64,000 nt of DNA from contig OY969800.1 in assembly GCA_963703215.1 (NCBI GenBank), positions 3,225,483-3,289,482 on the forward strand, written 5' to 3'. A program made the translations under genes and the position numbers. Shown here one piece after another: positions 46,549 through 54,412 of the stretch. How positions within the stretch are numbered: the first letter of the stretch is position 1; each line of letters begins with the position of its first letter. Source of the stretch: an uncultured Bacteroidota bacterium. Its GTDB lineage: Bacteria; Bacteroidota; Ignavibacteria; Kryptoniales; JAKASW01. The notes below the pieces were generated by a model. The model ran no database searches. It had not been told where the DNA came from and saw only the letters and a program-made list of their open reading frames with translations.

Positions 46549-47121
46549 GTGAGGCGTCTATTCTACAAGCTGATGGGATTTTTCGTTATTGTCTTTTTAA
46601 TTGTAGCGGTTTCTGTTGATACGTTAAATGCCCTCGAATCCAGTGTGACTCCGCTTCAAGCGATTTTCATGATCAAGCAGCTCATTCCTCAGGTGCAAAC
46701 GATCGGACTCATGTGGAACCTAAGCTTAGCAAATACAAGCGACCTTTTGCCAAAAATAGAAAGGGCAGCTGTCTCGACCGGTGTGAAAGTGGTGATCGAG
46801 GACGTTGAAGGAATAAGTGACGTCCCGCAGAAATTCAGGGATCTCAAAGATAACCGGCATGTCCAGGTGCTGTGGATCATCGATGAAAGCTCCCCTTTTA
46901 ATGCTCCTGTCGTAAAAGATTATCTGGTAAAGACCGCGATCGTAGACGGGATTGCGCTATTCGCCCCTAATTCCGATTGGGTTTCAGCGGGTGCTTGCAC
47001 TTCGCTGTCTACCGACGGTAATACGTTGAGGCTATGCGTCAATAGAAAAACTATCGCTGCCCTCGGGCTAAATGTACCAGACAAGTATTTGCTGCACACA
47101 GACTTCCTCGCAGCAAAGTGA
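46549..47121 (+). CDS. membrane-anchored periplasmic-binding-protein-like protein (resembles one lobe of ABC_sub_bind/PF04392-type proteins)
   Basis: 190 aa. GTG start with GGAGG RBS. N-terminal TM/signal anchor. IKQLIPQVQTIGLMWN...AVSTGVKVVIEDV...VQVLWIIDES...ALFAPNSDWVSAGA resembles the second repeat of that binding-protein family. Assignment is tentative. Confidence 0.4.
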   Translation: MRRLFYKLMGFFVIVFLIVAVSVDTLNALESSVTPLQAIFMIKQLIPQVQTIGLMWNLSLANTSDLLPKIERAAVSTGVKVVIEDVEGISDVPQKFRDLKDNRHVQVLWIIDESSPFNAPVVKDYLVKTAIVDGIALFAPNSDWVSAGACTSLSTDGNTLRLCVNRKTIAALGLNVPDKYLLHTDFLAAK

Positions 47122-47466
47122 CGGAAAAACTTGAGTCATCGGAACGGGGGCAACGTAGCGTTGCCCCTGCTTTATCATCATTATTTGTTTTCGCTTCGTT
47201 GATGATGATTATACGGTGGAAATGATTTGGCATCACGACAAATTCATCCATTTCGACGTTCGGGTATTTGTTCGGAATCTCATCCAAACATTCTTTGACG
47301 ATCTCCCCGAATTGATTCATCTTCATTTCAGAATCGATAACATCACCGAATTGTAAGGGCGATTCATGAATCGCCTCTAACTGCGCACACACACGGTAAT
47401 AAAACATCCACAAGGACAGGAATAATCATACCCCTTTAACCGAATCGAACGACGGCATGTCCGCCA
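47051..47466 (-). pseudogene. REP-associated tyrosine transposase (RAYT/IS200-like) remnant
   Basis: HUH motif retained (EFVVMPNHFHRIIII). The canonical N-terminus RRSIRLKGYDYSCPCGCFITVCVRS* lies in a different frame (47453 downward) and ends in a stop. The ATG at 47466 is in a third frame. The C-terminal half with the catalytic Tyr is missing, and the remnant abuts or overlaps the 46549-47121 gene. Confidence 0.65.
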
Positions 47467-47542
47467 TGGTTCACCTTTTGACGGATGGCTCTTGTAAGGA
47501 TCGTATATCAATATGGTCTCGGGCAATTAGAAAAACTGATAG

Positions 47543-48136
47543 TCATGTGTCATCGCTCGATTGACGGAACAATGAGATAAAAGCCATTATGGAAAAACCC
47601 GCGAAGGAAAGACCGACGCAGGAGGAAACTGCGACTGCAAACCAAAATCTCCATGGGTCATTCCTCATCGAGACGACTCCCCCGAAACGAGGATGCTTTG
47701 AAATTTCCCACGTCGCTCCCGTTAATAATCCCCTCGCCGCCGCGTACAGCCCCAGGAGACCTAGTGCAAGAAAAAACAGTCCGCTGATTATCGCGATTAT
47801 CTGACCTACTGGGGCAAAGTGTTCAGAGGTGTCAATTCCTTGTTTTGCAGCTTCTTCCCGATCTCTATTTACCTCCTTATGGTATTCGGTCACTTCCTGT
47901 TGATGTTCTGAAGCTTCTTTCCTACTTAGTTCATCATTGAGAAGATTGTCGTAGAGTCCCCGCGATGTCTCATTGCCAAGAATGGAATATGCCTTCTCAA
48001 CCGCGGAAATGCTTTCGCCTGTCATCGAACCGTTTGGCTGCTCAGACTTTAGCCACGCAATTTTATTTTCGTATGCCAGGCGGATTTGTTCGTCCGTCGC
48101 GCCGGGTGAAATTCCAAGTAGTTCGTAATACGTCAT
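47543..48136 (-). CDS. J-domain-like membrane protein lacking the HPD motif
   Basis: 197 aa. TYYELLGISPGATDEQIRLAYENKIAWL...VEKAYSILGNETSRGLYD follows the DnaJ J-domain pattern, but the HPD position reads SEQPNG. Two C-terminal TM helices. Confidence 0.7.
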   Translation of the reverse strand: MTYYELLGISPGATDEQIRLAYENKIAWLKSEQPNGSMTGESISAVEKAYSILGNETSRGLYDNLLNDELSRKEASEHQQEVTEYHKEVNRDREEAAKQGIDTSEHFAPVGQIIAIISGLFFLALGLLGLYAAARGLLTGATWEISKHPRFGGVVSMRNDPWRFWFAVAVSSCVGLSFAGFSIMAFISLFRQSSDDT

Positions 48137-48303
48137 TGGCTCTTTTTACTTAGCTCAGAAGCCTGTCGCGATAACATGGTCTGAAGAGTCGGAATAATCT
48201 CCTTCTCAAGTTCCGTCACCTCGTCGGCGGTCTTGCTGCGCGGTTCGATACCACGAAGCTTCGACATAAACACCGCCTCATCCGCAAGTATGCTTTCGAG
48301 CAT
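48133..48303 (-). CDS. small hypothetical protein translationally coupled to the J-like gene
   Basis: Below the track's length cut-off. Manual translation gives MLESILADEAVFMSKLRGIEPRSKTADEVTELEKEIIPTLQTMLSRQASELSKKSQ* (56 aa). Its TGA overlaps the downstream ATG (ATGA at 48133-48136). An in-frame upstream extension, MEEQ-TAA-SAPIREEIVP, reaches 48348. Confidence 0.5.
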   Translation of the reverse strand: MLESILADEAVFMSKLRGIEPRSKTADEVTELEKEIIPTLQTMLSRQASELSKKSQ

Positions 48304-48388
48304 CGGTACGATTTCTTCGCGTATAGGGGCAGATTATTGCTCTTCCATAACCCCGAGAGTGCAGTGATGGATTCAAGGCATGGTCGTT

Positions 48389-49207
48389 TTAAGTATTCAA
48401 TGTGTCTTGAGAATGTAGAGATCTTTTTTTCTGTCCAAAAGACAGATGAAGACCTATGAAGATGATCAAGGGCATATAATAAAATGCCATTTGTGAAAGA
48501 TCAGGACGCAAAGAATTCAAGAGTTTCTTTTGCCTTGTATTCTGACCCTTATTCTTCAAGTAAGCATTCAATTTGGAATAGTCGATGTAGTACAAAGTTG
48601 AATCGGATAGACTCATTTTTGATAGCTGTATGATTGTCGTGTCAAGGGCCCCCTTTACGTGGTCTTGACGATCACCTTGGTAAACCATGTGAACGTCAAA
48701 AAGGTAGAAACCGGCAAATAGAGTTACCGCAATGAGCAACATGTTTGGTTTGTCTTTGACTCTACCGGGTCGCAGAATAGTCGCAAGCAAGACCGCCATC
48801 ACTCCTACAAATGACAAACGAGCTTGCATTCTTTCACTTTCCCGAGCGCTTTGCCATTGAGCGTGGGTGGATTCATGTTGTAGAATTACCTCCGATAATA
48901 AAGATATTCTTACGCCCCTTTCTGACCGTAGAACAAACTGGGTACTATCGGGGGTCAAAAGCGAAACAATGGGCCATTCATCATTACGTGGCCAAAAGAA
49001 ACCTGCTACGCACTGTCCGATAAGGAACAGCGAGAGGAATGAAAGTATTGCGTCCACCTTATGCTGCTGGACGGTCTTCCAACAGCGGTAATGTTTTCGC
49101 TTGATCACTCGCCAAACTTTCAGTGTGATTCCATCTTTGGTTTTCCCTAATATTGTCAATCCCACATTTTTTTTCAAGAGAAAATCTAACCTGTCTCTAC
49201 CATACAA
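48389..49207 (-). CDS. hypothetical membrane protein (about 4 TM)
   Basis: 272 aa with hydrophobic helices (AILSFLSLFLIGQCVAGFF, LSFVGVMAVLLATIL, MLLIAVTLFAGFYLF, FYYMPLIIFIGLHL). No family recognised. Confidence 0.55.
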   Translation of the reverse strand: MYGRDRLDFLLKKNVGLTILGKTKDGITLKVWRVIKRKHYRCWKTVQQHKVDAILSFLSLFLIGQCVAGFFWPRNDEWPIVSLLTPDSTQFVLRSERGVRISLLSEVILQHESTHAQWQSARESERMQARLSFVGVMAVLLATILRPGRVKDKPNMLLIAVTLFAGFYLFDVHMVYQGDRQDHVKGALDTTIIQLSKMSLSDSTLYYIDYSKLNAYLKNKGQNTRQKKLLNSLRPDLSQMAFYYMPLIIFIGLHLSFGQKKRSLHSQDTLNT

Positions 49208-49277
49208 TCAACCTTTCCGTGCCCACTCAGCCTCCTTTATCGTGAGACTCATAAGACGAGCTAATTGGAAGGCGGCA

Positions 49278-50504
49278 TTAATTAATATCAGTGGGAGCGC
49301 CTAGTTCTTTAAGTGCATTGCGGTAATAAACTCCACCTTCACCACCTGAGTGAATATGGGCCCGGATAAATTGAATGATATTTGTACGAACCTTGTCGGC
49401 TTCGGGAAAGTCCCCATCGGTCCAAAATCGTTTTGACCGGTCGAAGTAGCCCAGGCGCGCAAGGAAATCGGCACCGAAACTTTCGCATGTTTCTCGTGAG
49501 TCATCGCTGTCCTGAAGTTTAAATGACCCGTCCGGCTGCAGTGATTCGCTCAGGCACCAGTGGAGCATCTTCCGAATTTCGACTCGCATGGCTTCCTGTT
49601 CATCCGATGAAGCTTTGCTCCATCCCATACTGAATAACTGAATGACATCCATGTTGTTATGATTCAAGTAGCTGCTTCCTTCAAGCCAGCCGAGAGGATA
49701 CTTTTTGTTTTTAATCGCCAGCGTGGTCGCAATGATCTTCTGCCAATCCGGTACGTTTCCGTGGAGATAACTGACAATGTGAAAGGTGATACTCAGGTCA
49801 CCGGTCTTTTTAATCGTCGTATCGTTTGGGATGCGATACCAGGCGCCCCAGTAACCGGTTTCCGGATTGCGCGCAGTGTTGAGCAGCCAATCCAGCATCG
49901 CTGCTTTCAGTCGCGGATCATAAGCATAACTCTTCGGTTGATTGCCCAGGATCAGCCGCATCAGATCGGAAATTGTCTCGTTCAATTCCCGCCGATGATC
50001 TACGCCCTCAGTCTTCAGGTCTGAGATCAGCAAATGATTGAGATGCCCGGTCAATTTCTCGGGCGAATTGATCCGATCCAGAAAATGCACCGGATATTTT
50101 GGAACCCTGCCTTGACGGGCGAGCTCCGTTACCTGGTCATAAGAAGCATCTAACTTGAAGAACCATTCCGTGTACCACTTTCCCCAGCTGCCGTCGATTT
50201 CGGATTGCTCATCCGCCGCCTGTGCACTGGCGGTATCCTGCATTGCTTCTTCCAAAGCCTTTACGCGTTCTCCCATGCGTTGATAGTCATGGGTCGAACC
50301 ACAAATCCATTCGGTTTCATAAAGGACCTGATGCGCAGGCCGGTAGGCTTTTCCCTGTAGTTCGAGCGCAAAGAGCCGTCTCTTCATCCGGATAAGTCTG
50401 CCTTCATAATAAGCCCATCGGATTGTGTTCCACTTCAGCACAACAAGACCCGCCAAAAGCAGGACAACGATTGCAGCCCCAAACGGTTTCTTATTGATTG
50501 TCAC
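49278..50504 (-). CDS. hypothetical N-terminally membrane-anchored protein
   Basis: 408 aa. One N-terminal TM (FGAAIVVLLLAGLVVL). The large helical soluble domain has motifs reminiscent of alpha/alpha-toroid repeats (NPETGYWGAWY, LQPDGSFK). No confident family. Confidence 0.55.
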   Translation of the reverse strand: MTINKKPFGAAIVVLLLAGLVVLKWNTIRWAYYEGRLIRMKRRLFALELQGKAYRPAHQVLYETEWICGSTHDYQRMGERVKALEEAMQDTASAQAADEQSEIDGSWGKWYTEWFFKLDASYDQVTELARQGRVPKYPVHFLDRINSPEKLTGHLNHLLISDLKTEGVDHRRELNETISDLMRLILGNQPKSYAYDPRLKAAMLDWLLNTARNPETGYWGAWYRIPNDTTIKKTGDLSITFHIVSYLHGNVPDWQKIIATTLAIKNKKYPLGWLEGSSYLNHNNMDVIQLFSMGWSKASSDEQEAMRVEIRKMLHWCLSESLQPDGSFKLQDSDDSRETCESFGADFLARLGYFDRSKRFWTDGDFPEADKVRTNIIQFIRAHIHSGGEGGVYYRNALKELGAPTDIN

Positions 50505-50754
50505 TTTATACTGTTCCCATCGGGATGCCGCCTAACTTTCAATTCGTTTCCGCATGACAACTGCTCTCCAGTATAGTATGACGTCCGCTATGCCATGATC
50601 TTTTCCCGCACCATTCATCTCACCAAAAATCTAATTTGTATCAACCATTTAGTCAAGCTGCGCGTCCCGGCTTTTGACGCCAAGGCCATGGCATAAGTCA
50701 AGAGGTAAAAATAAAAAACCCTTTCCTACTGCCTCTGGAGAGAGAGCAAGTTTG

Positions 50755-51591
50755 TCACTTTGGTAATATCCCAATTCTGACGAGGAAATATGTAATGAGC
50801 GCTCCGACAAAGATTTTGAAAACATCGCCAGTGACATCTCCGGGAATGTCGTAAAACCTCCCTTTGATTTTATCCCACACAGTTTTGTTAAATCCAGAAT
50901 CTCTGTCTATGTCGAATTTATAAACATACTTCAAATTATAGGCAACGCTTCCCTTTTCTTCTTTGTTGCCAATCCATTTGCGAGACAAGACTTCCATCGT
51001 CTCGTTTAGATATTCCTCTCCGAATATCGTTTTAATTTGTTCCTTATGTCCGTCACAAATATATCCGGTCATGATATCGATACGGTCATCCATCTTCCTA
51101 CGGTCGAAATCGCCAAAGCACCCAATTGTCTCTTCATGGGAATTAATTTCGATGGAATCTGCCATTTCATTACCTGGTGTACGAGATGCCGTTTTTGAAG
51201 AATAGATGAGGCAGCAATAAATGCTATGCGCCAGGTACTCAAACAACGAAGGTGGTGAAAAAGCCTTTTCCCAATCGACCGTCGTAATGATGCCTATGTT
51301 TTCTTCTTCACCTTCCATATCAAAAAAGTAACCCTCAGGTAAACTCTGTGTTATAATTCCGATGACTAGATCGGCAACCACCTTCTTGCTTTGCACAAAA
51401 CTCCTTAGCCTTTTGGCGGGACTGCCAGACACAAAAGAGGCACTGCCGTTTTTCAAATCTGGAAAGAAGAACTCATAAGTTTTCTGCGCATTGTTCAACG
51501 ATAGAATGAAATATCTGAATGCATCTTCGCTGAAATTTGGGGTCTGAACAAAAATCAATGCAACCTTAAGACGCGGCATAGAATAACACAT
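50755..51591 (-). CDS. hypothetical protein with C-terminal TM anchor, closely following the patatin-like gene
   Basis: 278 aa. Starts 46 nt after the patatin stop. Alternating beta-strand-like segments (KVALIFV, LVIGIIT, IGIITTV), a Cys/His-rich segment (SHEETIGCFGDFDRRKMDDRIDIMTGYICDGH), and a C-terminal helix FKIFVGALITYFLVRIGIL. Confidence 0.6.
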   Translation of the reverse strand: MCYSMPRLKVALIFVQTPNFSEDAFRYFILSLNNAQKTYEFFFPDLKNGSASFVSGSPAKRLRSFVQSKKVVADLVIGIITQSLPEGYFFDMEGEEENIGIITTVDWEKAFSPPSLFEYLAHSIYCCLIYSSKTASRTPGNEMADSIEINSHEETIGCFGDFDRRKMDDRIDIMTGYICDGHKEQIKTIFGEEYLNETMEVLSRKWIGNKEEKGSVAYNLKYVYKFDIDRDSGFNKTVWDKIKGRFYDIPGDVTGDVFKIFVGALITYFLVRIGILPK

Positions 51592-51637
51592 CCTCCTCTT
51601 GTTTTGTCAATTCACTACCCAATTGTACTTCTCATCG

Positions 51638-52588
51638 TTACCACTTACTATTTATCCAACTCGCCCACTTCTCAATAGTACCATGATCAATATTAGCGGG
51701 AAGAGATAAAAGTTCAGGAATCTTGGAGGCATCGTCCATCCCGATGTTCTCTGTCATCTCCGTTTGCATCCGCTGGTATTTGTCTCCTGTCAGGATATTT
51801 TTGCACTGATAATCCGCTATCCCAACAGGGCCGTCCATGATCATTGAAAGGAGCCTCGTGTTCCAGCCGAGTATTCCCCACCTCACTCTCTTTCTTCTGA
51901 CAAATACCGGATTCTCTCCCGTGCCAATCGATATAAGGCGAACACTTTCGATGTCTCTCTGAGACTTGTTCCTCGGATCGAGGACCTGGGCAAGCGCACA
52001 CATGCTCGGATTGTTAGCGCAGACCCCACCGTCGACAAAGCCTTCGACAGATGGCAGATAGGTCGGCGCCGCACTGGTGTAAAGTCCGACATTGCGAAGC
52101 AGGTCTTTGTCTTGATCGTTCCCCTCAAAGTTATGGAATATCTTCGGTGCCCAGCGGTTTCGCTTGTTCTCTTTTATATCCAGGTCAAACGAAACGACAA
52201 CAACTTTTTTCTTCAACTCATCCAGCCGCGTTTCACCAAACATATTCTCCAGGTGACCCTCAAGTGCAGTATTTCTGTATCCAGCATGTATGAATTTGAA
52301 GACTGAAGAAATATAGTACAGGCTCGATCTGTTAAAGATGCCCGCTCCGAAGTTCTTGTAGAAATCTATTATCTGATCCAGGCTCTTTCCGGACGCCAGC
52401 GAGAGCGCGATCAGTCCGCCTGTGGATGTGCCAGCATAGACATCCGCTTCATGGATCCAGGCTTCGCTACCAAGCTCAGCCGATACTTTCTTCAAGACCC
52501 CGAGGCTGATCAATCCTTTCAGTCCGCCTCCGTCGAATGAGAGGACGCGGTAATGATTCTGGTCGTTCATGAGTTCACTAACCTCCAT
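51638..52588 (-). CDS. patatin-like phospholipase
   Basis: 316 aa. Oxyanion-hole motif FDGGGLKG, nucleophile elbow GTSTG (GxSxG), and catalytic Asp in FVDGGVCANNP (DGG). All canonical patatin motifs are intact. Confidence 0.85.
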   Translation of the reverse strand: MEVSELMNDQNHYRVLSFDGGGLKGLISLGVLKKVSAELGSEAWIHEADVYAGTSTGGLIALSLASGKSLDQIIDFYKNFGAGIFNRSSLYYISSVFKFIHAGYRNTALEGHLENMFGETRLDELKKKVVVVSFDLDIKENKRNRWAPKIFHNFEGNDQDKDLLRNVGLYTSAAPTYLPSVEGFVDGGVCANNPSMCALAQVLDPRNKSQRDIESVRLISIGTGENPVFVRRKRVRWGILGWNTRLLSMIMDGPVGIADYQCKNILTGDKYQRMQTEMTENIGMDDASKIPELLSLPANIDHGTIEKWASWINSKW

Positions 52589-52779
52589 TTAACAATGTAT
52601 AGTGGATTCGTGTTGCAAACGAGACGGCGGCGGTTGGTAACACAGTAAAGAGTGTAGTCAGTCACAAAAATGTACTCCTATTACAGAACGATATGCCTGA
52701 CGTTCTGCATGTTGATACAAAGCCGTTATGATATTACGCGAATGCAATCGGGGGAGAATTCTATTCGCATTCATACGAC

Positions 52780-53832
52780 TTATGGGTTATCCGCCCATGT
52801 ATAATAGATGAACTCACTGTAAGGATCCCCAGCGACTTCCTCAACGATGTTGCGTACTGCCACCGCATCAGTGTTGAGTTGGGATGCCAATAATTTCACA
52901 ATAGCTTCTGCCTTTTCCTTCTCTCCCTCATCTGTTCCCGACAATGAATCCGATAGGTTGATAATCTCGAAGGCGCTACGAAGGCCGACTTTTCGCCATT
53001 TATCCTGATCCCGTTCAGTATAGATCCACAGCAACGCCTGGCTGACACAATCGACTATATAACTATATCCGAGGTTCGTGCGGATGGTAAGTTTTATAGG
53101 GTCGTAATAGGCCAATTGAGAAACAGTTGTAATTCCTTCCTCTCCAAAGCGTTCGGCCTTGCGTGCATCAACGCCGTGCAGGGACTGAAGCTCACTCTCC
53201 ACGTTCTCAGAGCCTTCTCCCAGACCTAACTTTTGTCGTCCCAACTTCCTCATTAGGGAAAAAAGACTGTCAGTCGGAAATGCGCCAAGCAAAAATGCGA
53301 CAGCAGGACCGATATTTTCCGCAGCAAATTGTGATATGGCGTATCCCAATGGAACTGCAACAACAAACCTGAAACATGCCCAGTATAAATCACCCGGCGA
53401 GAGATCAGCATACCACCATCTGGTAATCTGGTCATTTAGGACCCACATGTAAGCTCCAAAAACCGCAAATACTCCCACAATTTTGGATGGCGGATTCAAA
53501 ATTGCGCTGTCATTGGACTGCACCCAGAGGAGACACTGAAACAACAGAAATGCAGCAACTAATAAGAACAGGACAATAGGGAGGATGAAGCGCTTTCTTC
53601 CATATTGGGTATCATAATATTTTTCAAATCGCCGCACCTGATCCTGCTCGTCTCTTTCATATCTCGGATGAAATTGTTTGAAGTATGTCTTGATCGCATT
53701 TTGTTGATCACTGTAAATACCACTTAGAATTTCGAAGCGACGCTCCCTCCAGCCTCCCACAAGAAACGAAAGACTTGGGGCAAGCAAGAGAACTGTCGCA
53801 AGTACTGTTCCTATCAAATATAGATCGTTCAT
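52780..53832 (-). CDS. hypothetical polytopic membrane protein with C-terminal helix-hairpin-helix-like (DUF4332-like) region
   Basis: 350 aa. About 5-6 TM helices in the N-terminal 200 aa. The C-terminal LQSLHGVDARKAERFGEEGITTVSQLAYYDPIKL resembles HhH/DUF4332 motifs. Tentative. Confidence 0.5.
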   Translation of the reverse strand: MNDLYLIGTVLATVLLLAPSLSFLVGGWRERRFEILSGIYSDQQNAIKTYFKQFHPRYERDEQDQVRRFEKYYDTQYGRKRFILPIVLFLLVAAFLLFQCLLWVQSNDSAILNPPSKIVGVFAVFGAYMWVLNDQITRWWYADLSPGDLYWACFRFVVAVPLGYAISQFAAENIGPAVAFLLGAFPTDSLFSLMRKLGRQKLGLGEGSENVESELQSLHGVDARKAERFGEEGITTVSQLAYYDPIKLTIRTNLGYSYIVDCVSQALLWIYTERDQDKWRKVGLRSAFEIINLSDSLSGTDEGEKEKAEAIVKLLASQLNTDAVAVRNIVEEVAGDPYSEFIYYTWADNP

Positions 53833-53991
53833 CTCATGTCTCTTTTCTTTCTAACTTAGGTAACTCTTTTTTTCTAGCATAGCGGCCATCTTCCTCCCAT
53901 CGGATGCGCTTCGTTAATGGTGTGGTAGCGGTTGGTGGCGTAGTATAGAATTTAAAGGGTCAAGAAACGATTCCTCCATAATCAAATGCAG

Positions 53992-54023
53992 GCAGCTGTC
54001 GGGAATTCTGGCCCGACAACTGC
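53992..54023 (-). terminator. strong hairpin after the 54065-54391 ORF (terminator or REP-like element)
   Basis: gcagctgtcggg (53992-54003) pairs with cccgacaactgc (54012-54023): a 12-bp stem with one mismatch and an 8-nt loop. It lies about 40 nt downstream of the stop at 54065 on the minus strand. It shares the GTCGGG..CCCGAC core with the 46084 hairpin. Confidence 0.4.
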
Positions 54024-54064
54024 TAAGCTACATTATCATTACTAATCCAAATGATTGCTCACGT

Positions 54065-54391
54065 TTATAACAAAGCGAACCCAACTTTGCCATTCACTAA
54101 ATTCGCGACCGCGGCAAGAACGGCGTTAACAGCATTCTGGGCCGCCATTAAGGACATGCCTTGGGCAGAAGTTAATACAGCAGTAGCAGCGACTTTTTGT
54201 TGGTTCAACAAAAGGGCGGCTTCGTCTTTACTAATGTCACCACTCGCGACTCCCGACGCAATCATTGCGAGTGTAGACGCTAGCTTTTCACCTTCCGTTT
54301 TTAGATAGTTAACCACAACTTGAGGTTGACCGCTGAGAGCATTTCCTGCAGCGTTCAATATTCCGCTCTTTAAATCATCGATAAATGCCAT
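54065..54391 (-). CDS. small Ala-rich hypothetical protein
   Basis: 108 aa, predicted helical, Ala/Gly/Val-rich (…AATAVLTSAQGMSLMAAQNAVNAVLAAVANLV…). 21-nt gap after the preceding lipoprotein gene. Confidence 0.5.
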   Translation of the reverse strand: MAFIDDLKSGILNAAGNALSGQPQVVVNYLKTEGEKLASTLAMIASGVASGDISKDEAALLLNQQKVAATAVLTSAQGMSLMAAQNAVNAVLAAVANLVNGKVGFALL

Positions 54392-54412
54392 GGTTCACAC
54401 TCCTTTCAAGGA

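Noticed and set aside
52630-53936. Shared 9-mer GCGGTTGGT upstream of both the patatin gene (52630-52638) and the 52780-53832 gene (53928-53936), considered as a common operator or promoter element
   Set aside because: A single 9-nt match at different distances from the two start codons (about 45 and 95 nt) is within chance expectation. I found no dyad symmetry and no third copy.
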